A program made the position numbers and the translations under genes. Below the pieces are notes generated by a model, which made no database searches, was not told the origin of the DNA, and worked only from the letters and a program-made list of their open reading frames with translations. A stretch of DNA of 61,800 nucleotides from a virus (taxonomy: Duplodnaviria; Caudoviricetes), in IMG/VR virus record IMGVR_UViG_3300006789_000022, positions 1 through 61,800 of that record; one strand, given 5' to 3'. Below, in pieces: positions 35,301-40,884 of the stretch (within the stretch, counting starts at the first letter, position 1; every line of letters begins with the position of its first letter).

Positions 35301-36551
35301 CGGAAGCAACACGCCGCCGACATCATCTCGGCCACCGCTCAGTCATACGCCCGTGCTCTCCCAGTCATCAAGAAGATCAGCGGCTCGGGGTTCGGCCTCC
35401 TCTTCGCACCGTTCATCCGGTTCACGGCAGAGGTTCCACGAATCGCGGTGAACACGTTCACGCTGGCGCGTAAGGAGATGAAGGATTCCAATCCAGTCAT
35501 CAAGGCCCGAGGGCGGAGACGCATGACGGGCTTCAGTGCCGTGGCGATCTTCTCCACTGCGGTCCCCGCCATGCTCCAGAAACTCCTGTCCGACATGGGC
35601 GAGGACGAGGACGAGGCGTTCCGTATGTCCCTCCCCCCTTATCTCAGAAATCATACTTTCTATTACTTCAGGGGGGACAGCGCCATCGCCAAGGCAGCGC
35701 GTAAATTGTCAGGGGGCAAGGAGGGAGACCTCACCACGTTCGACCTCACCTACCTGAACCCGTTCGCCGTGATCGCTGACCCGTTCCTCCGTGGGATGGA
35801 GCACCTCGTGAGAGGGGAGCCGATGGTCGCAGCCGAGAAGATCGTGACGACCGCGTTCCTTGAGCCATACCTCGGGGACCAGATCCTCGCCGGATCTATC
35901 GTTGACGTTAAGGAGAACCGAGACGCCAGATCAGGCAGGCCGATCTACGAGGAGTCTGACCCGCTGTGGAGGAAGCTCGGCAAGATGAGCCTCTACGTCG
36001 GCAAGGAGGCTTACGGCCCACGGACCCCGATGAAGTTTCACGAGGCGTGGAAATCGGCTGGGGGAGAGGTGAACAAGTTCGCCGACTCGCCGTTCGGGAT
36101 AATCCTGAGTGAGTTTTATCCGGTAAGGCCCCGCTCAAATGACCCAGCCGACCAGTTCTCTCGGGTCGTATACCAACTGAGGGACGAGCAACGGCGCGTC
36201 CAGCAGAGGTTCAACAAGCTCAAGCAGTCCAAGGGCATGGGCGAGCGAGAGGTCAAGGCCATCCACAGGGACATCAGGAAGTCCCGCATGAGGATCAACA
36301 GCAAGTTGTCTCAGGCCATGCGTGGGTTCAACGGACTCGGCGTCAACAACTACGACCTCTACCAGCAACTACGCGGGGCGCGATACGGGGAGCGGAGATC
36401 CAAGCTACTCTTCTCAGGGTTCATGGAGAATCCGGTCCCGACCACTGACCTCGTCGAGACCCTGATGCGGACGCCACAAGGACAGCAGCGGCTCAGGTGG
36501 CTGATGGAGGAACACTCGGAGAACCCAAGGTTCCTGAAGCTGGACGACTAG
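20367..36551 (+). CDS. Giant polyvalent/internal virion protein (5394 aa) with zincin, kinase-like, HhH-like and two ADP-ribosyltransferase-like modules
   Basis: Uninterrupted 16.2-kb ORF containing LVHELIH; GSNMGG..FYFK..NWDVVG..DNL..HVDTGG; WY..YSPQ..GRKT..VTVDMW; and YHGT..F[LF]S..[FY]D[AG]MLVSE twice. Confidence 0.8.
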   Translation: MSEQTDTPTVNTLGFSEWSTENVYADPLESRLKFGDYVREEFIKADAYTPDVETGVRQGLADMLREGGLLEPDGANAEELAQRMEDIQRGKTFDQLARTFQQSLPEHGEDQRTLDNYFAAAVESPSPEYAEELQPLREKAGDVVNRNRDQLLRVKVDAGELPMARLSNGQLIVGEAAARMDLVDAIKASSEGGVAMGDALAAQAQLETPDGFSIPLYRIQRLARATRLLEVERKQNEDFDIQLDGLSTEAAQSEYSTMDWLEHKADNLGRGISNFFGRIMGQGEDIDKAEERREAVNEARGSDIRQIAAKYALKFDMRPEDMELAVEQMVLDNAVNKQMFEFHDADDDDVGKNLRIGGYGLPTMSVQAMINKDVFDKTLAANPELSGEVKTMLNKQRISHLRSEFTQLDKFLSDYGSSVSDEWNKALIAGRTAGVEDYKILEGFVADKDNYNEFAERAAGIGMSFLNGVGQLFAAIPAAFGFDPAQDYLASVSQKNADRRQLAAVFGEEFGLLQDAAETAFPMLIDIGATVLLAAATAPAGGAGGVAYASLKAGGTATASMTAKGMFKSITSNVFRKTGAKSTVAQAEDLLEASLIKGTKEGAVDILNAYNSKLSAHLGNLPAIFIPAATRSGSATYGAVYNQLKQDPSVSEEDAHDRALGAMLMAGTFTGVLTAAFSTIGRGGVEDALLKGLSYKQMKRAGEEITGKLGGDFLSAAQKAIKTTMKKYSFGGVKGLAKNVFDEGVEESIDEFVNGLVTDAALHEDTPMLERLQQTWHAFVLGGIMGGSVPLVQRTFRALQPDVLREREKTSFYEDVLEEMSADLTANGAPVTAQYVNMVVSDMRRKDARASVIPSLEEQEAELGRREPEATEEGTQLPSGITPDPEMEALLEEKVNPDSAARAVNNVLGSSVPAVAGADPTTVEAKGNLMHQLELPVQEAGALENSDHQAVRNLIPRRTEGVEPDVFEGTRPPKKKAIIDPARAEEAEAIEVGFRETVRQIDEAEALYKKMDQQVAGAEVAGESSVRRALEQRVREGKAVSPEQAIELRGEAFKDRVLALKDLKVEQKLESPETRLAALYEQEYAQTEERQREEDFRDNFGPEDLETGAMRQNNTVAVDGIIRSGFPQVLTVAKLKRLGIPFNQDTTSAVFLREANHQIQRQISEAYPKLPVTRPEGGFALDSAYGQGKVFLDRVGRGQFNNDPLTMLSLLETGASIVVDPAHLDSPTLNPAFRFARVGDNVVVSDIMVPESGGLVSALTPTDRALVLQPDYTRVVDLVERVLTLRDEGLREPDAVIDSPFEPNTQTTAQEVLTQLEEGVGIDKFVTPNTGELAPEFAESAQIELRLRAQEALFTDGKVSLVGLGREVADTYMAEQTARLKHSKESFVASVSVNEAADLQADPDYNAASEVEDTYTPFPENAPPPFPESGISNLLNEAHADAVAALDGDSNLRQSVVLLVQNEVFNTSSIDFNRTSTKRLWSYVVQWMAQGNHKTSPASIEFQKALKGRRFEMGTPVREALQLMALSSASVEGTPKTDAAYRAFLRDKIRGLKGGAEPSDAEVFSFHNYVRGSVGALLLRSQPSGMSKAHDQKTNKKAIAALGLKDGDPESIIEALERIVGVSDRAQKEYDSHLVSIARLLLQSPDFIRSIELSIDETDLNYAGKFDTLTDGTPAISININGHNPRGVADTLVHELIHAYVTGVTRKPAAQQTRQEAAAIGLLEGVIADIRADFKAISNQETTPVVFSQRAVPSVMGRGRVYKYHDTRVYDALANVDEFVAHFLTSTDFQKFVKTMLADRNAPALYSRFEQVVAAIRSFFLGANPEFDSAFSAVLDLSHSSVLAAGPRRRSRRKLISVEEFLTLPNKESRTAKDFVADSVFPTDPATNSTTSKEPVTTESIVGKIAEDVSRSQQEAVRLSSGVQGATGVDVDAQQRGRANVERLLSLIRNRIVPPEMRMEVDTSKRSVDADGNMVAPPMMYVDSNTGTLIVNPLELSGLLKEFQANNGGRPLSIRTQMNITAVIANEEIAHAASVATITKAERDELINGMTFADAEETVSNYGDEGNVGNRERLLEGWRNGDPAAQREIVEERLRQHAQKVTRGFTTEEEIAFLRRNPNLVQQIIRYFQRFLKKLGYYRSRRDISPQMRTAVDRVVNEIRALEAGYRYSTNLKPFDPNNPESVIEQFRKQANMNKPIERADEPREAEPAMAASGITAQVPADAGEVIDARGWTKVGRQLGSNMGGVYEDGEGNKFYFKESKSPEHARNEVLATILYETAGADILPIRLATGKNAAGEDVLGTASEWREDFTDFDPQDPAMRKAAFPDFAIHAWLANWDVVGLVYDNLMVDGEGNVVHVDTGGALKFRAQGEPKGGAWNEGGSEFATLRVMGQAGEVFGGMSTTDLQNSANELRKMSDDVIRSAVERVMGVGADGTDMANTLIARRNNILNVAFGEGQFVSSGITAGRDVQQQAGVTRGGLNSFAQKVETGVVSASMAADTLASLPNSDRNRATELLHKRTKFMRALWAALGLSQDTFQDRQTRLSNFRRALNRRADDLDATTQKQQTPVIGDDVRKFDPVDRQAAKELSRGLASGITVGDFDFDGVFPEGLEYDRFEDGRFRGTPLRKFQEGMLSEGEKPSEDPLTEKDVEELEERLKKLTVEGEVGRYWYEDAAKKILEITNGNVVEAEKLIALLAIYSPQTGVQVNTYFAIRGYEQHANKVSRKDYKVKTAVQDNKARAVLYDNRDWVGRKTDNFYKNIMFHIVQEATPEQLRAMRIDTAFLEDIQQPVTVDMWVYRALGYDTIGLTDKEGKGPFGFSEKMINRLTYSLNQNLAEGEPRYEAHQVQAMIWTAIKARSENKAVKKKTEAESIAAGDLVRRGKERIFVRRKVIKMVKGEETEVMSDAPSERDHQRRWTENALAATGVDFVEASRSFDYFVNSMGLLATWEVIASEQTEMGKRLAAMSIDEKRSFTEQAMRLIIDPTTGEDLLAKELGIALSTSKISTGGYAGGVTPNVLSTLYPNKPADVGGKETYDDDAIRAYARSLQYIFMQDAVPWARFVKHTKQDVFYKVSKRGTTSRGGVRFETQEEAEKFAASENAKIDTGKVVKVEDGEGYQIQNKKDKPYKLRSKETKKMEETPVFVPTVTEDPDLTEQQRIDKADKEAREAAESFRRDNLMHIIGGNNQSHGFHLTFGENLTESKEQEIQDFLTSVHPDFGFTKVGANEIVVINYKMDYMGMLPVLTDGVFAAKINQQYGQEAELAEITTVGEYGYHDWGSDSAAEGIFSLSTRFTPAVQQRLRGWRQGFQRISAQRVTTQPHAQIFRLASGITARRGDEDYGLASEAMLQAFEPRRDRDRESALSERGSLDERREEWAIEEAAKLHRVVSAQKKSLQAGGPPMASVHDIKLIAADRGFNDEVTEIYLEYLSVKRTIARLDKAHRIDDLTTTEEATELLVGEGHGDADVKRWRAIDKAAPEIDGAAIGAFQSLTFTEWEAAKGGWAGRSGVDIDPDTGKQEPPSWLDRVKMAPQIAKKARIKVRNLHARLQEIDQEFFELERRRKEADTALLSGVATRAKIDSLQNELILEVARLRGYAPSLYHGTARRLSIQALFDKFGISHVRLMPLHPEIPQHPDRKVKIVMRKGYDPAEVPTVVRDSIDEFVHEHKFDHRYPFEVYKGATGEHYTPATGLIFLSPRQSHAHGFAMAKAGHINRKIAGAGSRMRVTEDLILPTFVKVDKIFDPRKDWRLVEDVLNRLRRKRHLMGEDVWMETELDKPFHLPSKAERQGLTDAADRADEQAADYYRLINGKWDWWERPEVVDAVFDLGFDAMLVSESPDSHGVQSDGRMNLAVRDPEKLKTAHPRTYDRDGNLIPPSKRFDESKDAHMYSGITTQFGWTGDEELTAEQTKELGEIQKEHDSILNEYKHILDKGSQAWRGDGGRHRRNVLTGLSRTEEVHQGYRWDFMGEDDLGFGFTPDPEQYEENAGQFGAVPEMGIANVTIAEIAARLQPLVNRAAEIAGWSHRHMYHGTSYAEQPAGELPFWKEQPEPHRPTFGTFDPTKSDYAGPKGLVFFSPKVHRAEEFIGMQEGGGGHAIIPVVTKADMNIFDPRTNWEEFVDVIVMYHALEYLGPEAEGMTDEEIVQRFIDDNTAKGKAGEAFTDQSMNRIKTGNWIYWEKPLVVDAIMAKYDGMLVSEPVTFSKEQLDEAGLVKDEHMNLALRNPSLVKSVAPITLDSKGEIVPLSERFNPASPAFIHSGITFGDASDLPSEFNSEGVDYSQFIEVLEMPFIEKGPFQKVKGTWRKLFKGETDPTVQRYVRQRDAFLRTNDKIVEEYHSKYKSALEKDFPNPDDIPWDDIQAATGTTDNIDPDPDNVLLDARNKEKDAAHAQYQADLATEYAKHKQAEDAEKAKIATEPDPDKRKTLYRAAADARRAKQKASKAALGTTKGAADEAAQQKYEDAKDKSFETKKADMIKDRNEAFDRLRSTAPSLFPVLLDLRRLTDELSAQAKSLFGVFSAKDLSVKFDNNMGLYVTRRYHMFSDTDYVERILRSEATNDKAVRDAAIDFMRDQFIKFEFDRFKQDGRSDADALAAAEAKYDSRERGGQSLGYQMARDFLQSFDTDTGPMDFASAFDFAGKPASLPARLSDSLKALTKNLEGRAEIPKPLADLMGANNVPEDSIDSLLYTLGTVSKIAAHQSFLNKMRQQGEVDGWLMTNQQKKDAEKKAKTKEEFDRISSMKPIVSSGADSGLNPLAGMWVDRDVHDDIQPMFQQTVREPNDASSRVLHNAMTYAQKATGFAMAAKTLGSVGFYLRNMLSNVLFFGPAQGYWGAGKSLISGDPTEGTGMSAVMATGRAFRGNAARSSAYLRELEALGVFGDEVRSEIMLKLMRGEETFASLESQLQDLNKRAATIKGAKALQSIQNTAARLGSAMDSFYKIGYFEHELAVIEEAAKHEEETGMPKKDRKYSLMEPYQRKQHAADIISATAQSYARALPVIKKISGSGFGLLFAPFIRFTAEVPRIAVNTFTLARKEMKDSNPVIKARGRRRMTGFSAVAIFSTAVPAMLQKLLSDMGEDEDEAFRMSLPPYLRNHTFYYFRGDSAIAKAARKLSGGKEGDLTTFDLTYLNPFAVIADPFLRGMEHLVRGEPMVAAEKIVTTAFLEPYLGDQILAGSIVDVKENRDARSGRPIYEESDPLWRKLGKMSLYVGKEAYGPRTPMKFHEAWKSAGGEVNKFADSPFGIILSEFYPVRPRSNDPADQFSRVVYQLRDEQRRVQQRFNKLKQSKGMGEREVKAIHRDIRKSRMRINSKLSQAMRGFNGLGVNNYDLYQQLRGARYGERRSKLLFSGFMENPVPTTDLVETLMRTPQGQQRLRWLMEEHSENPRFLKLDD

Positions 36552-36736
36552 CTCTCGCCCTCGATGCCGAGCTTGGCAGCCTCCCAGCCGTGCCTCATGC
36601 CCATCAGGTAGAGGGCGTCGAGGTTCTTGGCGAGGGTGTCCTTCGACCACTTGCGGTCGGCTACGTTCTTGACGATCTCGTCGGCACGCTTCTGGTGCTC
36701 GGTGGCTTGGCGGCTTTGCAGTTTGTCTAATGTCAT
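36548..36736 (-). CDS. Hypothetical protein (62 aa)
   Basis: Last ORF of the minus-strand run, converging on the giant ORF. Confidence 0.55.
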   Translation of the reverse strand: MTLDKLQSRQATEHQKRADEIVKNVADRKWSKDTLAKNLDALYLMGMRHGWEAAKLGIEGES

Positions 36737-36737
36737 T

Positions 36738-36947
36738 TTAATTTTTGTGGATAACGTCGGTCAGTCTGATGGCGATATTGTATTGGGCCTTGGTGTCTAG
36801 GATCGGGGAGGCGGGTAGGATCTTGTCACCTATGATCGGATACAGTTTACAGGTTTCAGGGTCCACCGGATCATCGTCGAAATACTCACCCTGAATCATC
36901 ATGGGCATTCCGTTCGGGAAGAACTCTCGGACTATCTGTCTATACAC
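36738..36947 (-). CDS. Hypothetical protein (69 aa)
   Basis: Overlaps the helicase stop; tiles the operon. Confidence 0.55.
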   Translation of the reverse strand: MYRQIVREFFPNGMPMMIQGEYFDDDPVDPETCKLYPIIGDKILPASPILDTKAQYNIAIRLTDVIHKN

Positions 36948-38238
36948 CGTGCAACTCGTTGAGGTTGGACAGGCGGCGATTGATCGAGCGCATCACATGC
37001 TCCTCGATGGAGTCCGTTGCGACCAGCACCTGCTGGAGGGCGTCACTCTTACCACCGTTGCGGTGGATGCGACCGAGCACCTGCTTGTAGATCTTGCAGT
37101 TGAAGGTGGGCGAGATCAGCGCCACGCGTGGGCGGTTACCAATCGTGTCGTGCAGGGAGATCCCCGTCCCACCAGCCGCAGCATTGACTGCGATGCAGTG
37201 AGTCTGGTCAGCTTGGAAATCGTCGATAACCTGCTGACGATCTTCGTCGGACTGCCGACCGTCGATCCGATCACACTTCAGCCGGAGCCGGAGAGCGTCG
37301 ATGGTGTCACTGTAATTCACGAAAAGAACTACCGACTTACCCTGAGCCATGAGATCCTCTGCCATCTCGGCGAGATCCACAACCTTGAATGCCTCGGCCA
37401 GCCGACGGGCGCGGGTGATGTTGGCGAGGACATACTCGCTATCAGTCACGGTCCCCTTCTCGATGAAGTCCTCGATGATCTGGGGCGTGATGCCGAGGTC
37501 GTCGTAAGCCTTCTGGATCTTCTTGTTCTCCCTGAACTGGATCGGCTGAACGAACACACGGTTCTTCTTGAAGGAGTTCGGGAAGTCATCCACCGTGAGT
37601 CGGTGGGTGCTGGTCGAATACATCTGCTGGCGGAGTAGCGGGAGGTGGAAGGGGTCTTCCAGAATCCACGCCCCCCACTCGTTCTTCTCGCATCCGAACA
37701 TCCGCATCCACGGCCACCACCTCTTCAGCCCGTCCACCTTCTGGTCGCCGGAGTGCAGGCCGAGGGCGAGACCGAGGGGGCGCATCTCGGTGGGGTCTTC
37801 GCAACTGGTGCCGGACATGCTGTGAACCGTGTAGCCCTGCTTGATGAGGTTCACAAACAGCGCGGCGTTCTGGGTGAACGGACCCTTGCACTTGTGAACC
37901 TCGTCCACGAACACAACCGTGTCGGGGTCGATGAGCCACTTGAATGCTTTCTTGCCCACCTTGGAGACGTAACCAGTCTTACCCGTGCGAAGGGATTCAA
38001 GGTTAAGGATGAAGGTTGCAGTGACGCCCTCCTCCTCCAGTTCGGCCTTCCATGCAGGGATGACAGCCTTGGGGCAGATGACTGCGATGGGCTTGCCGAG
38101 GGCGGCTGCCAACTTGACTGCGACTACAGTCTTGCCAGTCCCCATGTCGGACTGGTCGAGGGTGGCGAGGCCAGCCACGAGGCGCTTGTAGAAGAAGTAG
38201 AATGTCTCCAGTTGCTTGGGGAAAAGGGTCTTGCTCAT
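36940..38238 (-). CDS. SF2 (SNF2-like) helicase
   Basis: DMGTGKT, FVDEVH, SGT, GTGISL and QVLGRIHR motifs. Confidence 0.9.
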   Translation of the reverse strand: MSKTLFPKQLETFYFFYKRLVAGLATLDQSDMGTGKTVVAVKLAAALGKPIAVICPKAVIPAWKAELEEEGVTATFILNLESLRTGKTGYVSKVGKKAFKWLIDPDTVVFVDEVHKCKGPFTQNAALFVNLIKQGYTVHSMSGTSCEDPTEMRPLGLALGLHSGDQKVDGLKRWWPWMRMFGCEKNEWGAWILEDPFHLPLLRQQMYSTSTHRLTVDDFPNSFKKNRVFVQPIQFRENKKIQKAYDDLGITPQIIEDFIEKGTVTDSEYVLANITRARRLAEAFKVVDLAEMAEDLMAQGKSVVLFVNYSDTIDALRLRLKCDRIDGRQSDEDRQQVIDDFQADQTHCIAVNAAAGGTGISLHDTIGNRPRVALISPTFNCKIYKQVLGRIHRNGGKSDALQQVLVATDSIEEHVMRSINRRLSNLNELHGV

Positions 38239-38267
38239 TTAATAGGTAGTCAGTTTTAGGATGCGAG

Positions 38268-38297
38268 TAGTATAGCAGGTGAGTTGAATAGCGTCAA
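38268..38297 (-). promoter_or_regulatory. Sigma70-type promoter upstream of the helicase
   Basis: TTGACG-17 bp-TATACT with extended TG; gives a short leader. Confidence 0.7.
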
Positions 38298-38323
38298 GGA
38301 CATTATGATATATTTTTGGGAAG

Positions 38324-38395
38324 GCCGCTCAGGTGTTTCATTGGGAACTAGCTAATCCCGTTGCAGGTTCTCCCTGCACACCATGCCTGAGCGGC
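38324..38395. ncRNA. Candidate structured RNA or branched terminator
   Basis: GCCGCTCAGG...CCTGAGCGGC closing stem encloses two hairpins (GGGA..TCCC; TGCAGG..CCTGCA). Confidence 0.4.
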
Positions 38396-38400
38396 TAAAA

Positions 38401-38514
38401 TTATTCGGCTAAGAATTCAATCAGGGCGAGACCCGCGTGGATCAGGAGTAGTGTTCCAACGAACGCCAACATGGTCAAGGTGGCGGCCTCGTAAAGTGCT
38501 AGTTCTTTTTTCAT
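38401..38514 (-). CDS. Small membrane peptide (37 aa)
   Basis: MKKELALYEAATLTMLAFVGTLLLIHAGLALIEFLAE; C-terminal part of the ORF-track frame 38401-38643. Confidence 0.45.
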   Translation of the reverse strand: MKKELALYEAATLTMLAFVGTLLLIHAGLALIEFLAE

Positions 38515-38515
38515 G

Positions 38516-38677
38516 TTAAAGCGCGTTATCAAATTCGACTTGCTCTCTGACCTCTGAGATCCGGCATCCGAAGCTGAAGTCCAGTTCGCCGTTCTCTTCC
38601 GCCTCGGTGAGAAGTGAGAGGATGGTTCGTGCTTGGGTCTCATTGTCGGTATTGATAGTCAAGGTTGCCATGTCCAT
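38516..38677 (-). CDS. Acidic hypothetical protein (53 aa; not in the ORF track)
   Basis: MDMATLTINTDNETQARTILSLLTEAEENGELDFSFGCRISEVREQVEFDNAL, translated by hand; tiles between neighbours. Confidence 0.55.
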   Translation of the reverse strand: MDMATLTINTDNETQARTILSLLTEAEENGELDFSFGCRISEVREQVEFDNAL

Positions 38678-38688
38678 TTGTTTGGGGG

Positions 38689-38892
38689 TTACAGTTTCTT
38701 GAGCAAGTAGAGGATGGCATCCACCCTCGGCTTGAGTGTGGCATTCTCTTTGGCGATGGCCTCCAACTCCTCCTTGATGACGTAGTGGGTTGATCCCTTA
38801 CGCATCGAGGGGAGCCATTTACGGACATCAATTATTTCAGCCACGACGTAATTATACACATTTCTAACAGAATGTCCAATGGTTTTAATCAT
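38689..38892 (-). CDS. Hypothetical protein
   Basis: ORF-track frame 38689-38940; ATG 38892 preferred. Confidence 0.5.
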   Translation of the reverse strand: MIKTIGHSVRNVYNYVVAEIIDVRKWLPSMRKGSTHYVIKEELEAIAKENATLKPRVDAILYLLKKL

Positions 38893-38910
38893 GTGTTTAT
38901 AAAGTAAAAT

Positions 38911-39067
38911 GTGAGGAGGGATTACTTTTGTTACCCCCAACTTTCGCCGTCCAGATAAAGATCATTTAGGCTACTCGCGCTCTGCTCTCTCTGCTCAGTC
39001 AGTTGACCCTTGCTCAAGATACAGACACCTTTAGGCTCTTGGATTACACCTATGTTCAGTCACTCAC
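38911..39067 (-). ncRNA. Candidate ~157-nt structured RNA
   Basis: Long gap in an otherwise dense operon; minus-strand 5' GTGAG pairs with 3' CTCAC, preceded by a GGGGG..CCCTC hairpin. Confidence 0.4.
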
Positions 39068-39098
39068 GATTGGGGAGCTACCCCAAAGATTAAAATTG

Positions 39099-39497
39099 TT
39101 AGATGCTATAATGCTTACGGACTTCTACTTCAGCTTCTTCGTAAGTCAGGCCGCTCTTCTGGGCCTTCCACATTGCCTCCCATACTTCGTGCATGTGGTA
39201 GTGCATGAGGGACCGGATGGTCTGAGGGATCTCCTCGTTATCCCGATAACTATTTTTGAAGTTATCATAGTCGATCTCATCGACCGCCACCCCGATGGCG
39301 TTGGTCACCACAGGTTTGTGGAGGCTGACCCTGAATCGGTAGTCGGCGTCGGGAGTCTCCTCGACCTTCAGCCAAGGTAGGAGCGCATGGAAGAGGCGCT
39401 CCAAGTCACCCTTCATCCGAGCACGGACGAGCAATTTCGTGGAGTCGTTACGGTCCTCCACGATGGAGACGAATCCTTTGTTAGTGAATACCCACAT
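39099..39497 (-). CDS. Phage hypothetical protein (MWVFT...VRAR...DYRFR...IDYDNFK type)
   Basis: Starts just after the stop of the upstream ORF; the pattern is recognisable from other phage hypotheticals, function unknown. Confidence 0.6.
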   Translation of the reverse strand: MWVFTNKGFVSIVEDRNDSTKLLVRARMKGDLERLFHALLPWLKVEETPDADYRFRVSLHKPVVTNAIGVAVDEIDYDNFKNSYRDNEEIPQTIRSLMHYHMHEVWEAMWKAQKSGLTYEEAEVEVRKHYSI

Positions 39498-39498
39498 G

Positions 39499-40401
39499 TT
39501 ACTGGCCCCTCCCTTCGTTGGAAATGTCTTCCAGTTTCTGGAGCTTATTACGGACATCCCGTCGGTAATCCGATTGCTGTTTCAGAATCTTCTTCCGGTT
39601 CTTCCTGTAATAGGCCCGCGCATATGTGGCGTTCTTTCGGAGGATATCCTGAGCATCCGAGGTGGCCTCCTGCTCACGCTCCCCGTCGGGCCAGTCGAGG
39701 CCGAGGGCGTTGAGTCCCTCCCTCACATCGTCCAGAGATGCCGTCCCGAAGTGTGGCAGGCTGAGAAGATAGTCAGGGGTCTGACTGATCAACTGCCCGA
39801 GGTTGCAGATGTCGGCATCCTCCAATGCGGCGGTAGCATTCTTGCGGAGGTCGAGCCTACGGATGGAATCGTAGAGAGACGTTGCCCTCACGGCGGGGTC
39901 AGGTTCCTCGTCATCCCATGACTCGATGTTCTCGGCGAAGAGATCTGCGAGGAGGGGAGGTTGAACTTCCTCTTCCTCTTCTTCACGGTCGTCGATGGGG
40001 GCCGCGATAACCTCCGCGAGGGTGGGGACTTTCTCTTCTGACTCGTCAACAGAAACCGGATGCCACTCGGCAGTAGTGTAGGTTTTCCCCTCTCCCGCCG
40101 GAGTGTAGGTGCTTGTCGGCTTGGCGAACAGATCCGAGGAACGCTCGGTCTCGAAATTTTCGAGGGCCTCCTCAAGATGAGCCTTCTTCGCCTTGAAGCC
40201 CATGCCCGTCACATGGTTCAGGTGATGATCACGGAGTTCCGTGACGAGCCTGTCGGCGGCCTCGCGCTCGGTGAGCAGCATGTTTTTCATGTCCGCGAAT
40301 TTCTCACGGGACTCCAGTTGTTCGTCAGTCAGGCTCAAGAGCAGATCAAGACCAGCTTGAGTGTCCTTGAGGAAGGACCGGATAGATGTGGTGTTTGCCA
40401 T
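39499..40401 (-). CDS. Protein containing an RNA polymerase alpha C-terminal domain homolog
   Basis: SIRRLDLRKNATAALEDADICNLGQLISQTPDYLLSLPHFGTASLDDVREGL aligns without gaps to alpha-CTD ([51 protein letters not shown]). Confidence 0.8.
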   Translation of the reverse strand: MANTTSIRSFLKDTQAGLDLLLSLTDEQLESREKFADMKNMLLTEREAADRLVTELRDHHLNHVTGMGFKAKKAHLEEALENFETERSSDLFAKPTSTYTPAGEGKTYTTAEWHPVSVDESEEKVPTLAEVIAAPIDDREEEEEEVQPPLLADLFAENIESWDDEEPDPAVRATSLYDSIRRLDLRKNATAALEDADICNLGQLISQTPDYLLSLPHFGTASLDDVREGLNALGLDWPDGEREQEATSDAQDILRKNATYARAYYRKNRKKILKQQSDYRRDVRNKLQKLEDISNEGRGQ

Positions 40402-40436
40402 GATGATACTATAACAGAGGGGTGGGATTTAGTCAA
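40402..40436 (-). promoter_or_regulatory. Leaderless-type early promoter
   Basis: TTGACT-17-TATAGT-ATCATC-ATG, extended TG. Confidence 0.8.
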
Positions 40437-40478
40437 CAACTTTCTGCAAATAAATTAAGCGGCTGTTAACTGGAAACT

Positions 40479-40565
40479 TTATTTTTGAGTTAAGCTCTCC
40501 CGCTTCCGCCGGAGAACGAGGAGCAGGACGATGGGGACAAGGATCAGGAAGAGGGTTGCAGTCAT
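40479..40565 (-). CDS. Small membrane peptide (28 aa)
   Basis: MTATLFLILVPIVLLLVLRRKRESLTQK: single TM segment plus basic stop-transfer. Confidence 0.45.
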   Translation of the reverse strand: MTATLFLILVPIVLLLVLRRKRESLTQK

Positions 40566-40576
40566 GGTGTTTGGCG

Positions 40577-40882
40577 TTAGTCAATCCGAGCCTCGGAAAG
40601 TTCGTGCTCGCCACCGTCTTCATCGAGCACGGTGACGGTGGTGCTTTCGGGTGAGGTGGCAACCACCACTCCCCAAGTGCCGCCGTCGAAGGTGAGTTCG
40701 ATAGGGGTGGGGGGTTCGGGTTTGCACATCGCGGCCAAGGCTAACCTAGCCGGAAGAACAACTATCGAGTTACATGTGTCGCAACACTGGCCCGAGTCGA
40801 ACGGCCTCACTGGCTCGGGGTTGTTGCCCCACCCTACGAAGTGGTCGCCACAAAGGACACACATCCATGATTCGTTTTCCAT
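40577..40882 (-). CDS. Zn-finger-like hypothetical protein
   Basis: CVLC...GNNPEP...CCDTCN motif. Confidence 0.65.
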   Translation of the reverse strand: MENESWMCVLCGDHFVGWGNNPEPVRPFDSGQCCDTCNSIVVLPARLALAAMCKPEPPTPIELTFDGGTWGVVVATSPESTTVTVLDEDGGEHELSEARID

Positions 40883-40884
40883 GA

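Noticed and set aside
20474-36368. Many minus-strand ORFs inside the giant gene
   Set aside because: Antisense shadows with no motifs or expression signals.
20367-36551. Virion RNA polymerase (N4- or crAss-like) or tape measure protein as the identity of the giant ORF
   Set aside because: No DxDGD or T7-type polymerase motifs and no tape-measure periodicity were recognised; the motifs found fit polyvalent proteins. A divergent polymerase cannot be excluded without a structure search.
38324-38395. Hammerhead ribozyme
   Set aside because: GAAAC is present but the CUGANGA core is not.
38911-39084. tRNA or tmRNA gene
   Set aside because: No TTCRA T-loop, no clear anticodon arm, no CCA and no tag ORF; the length fits neither.
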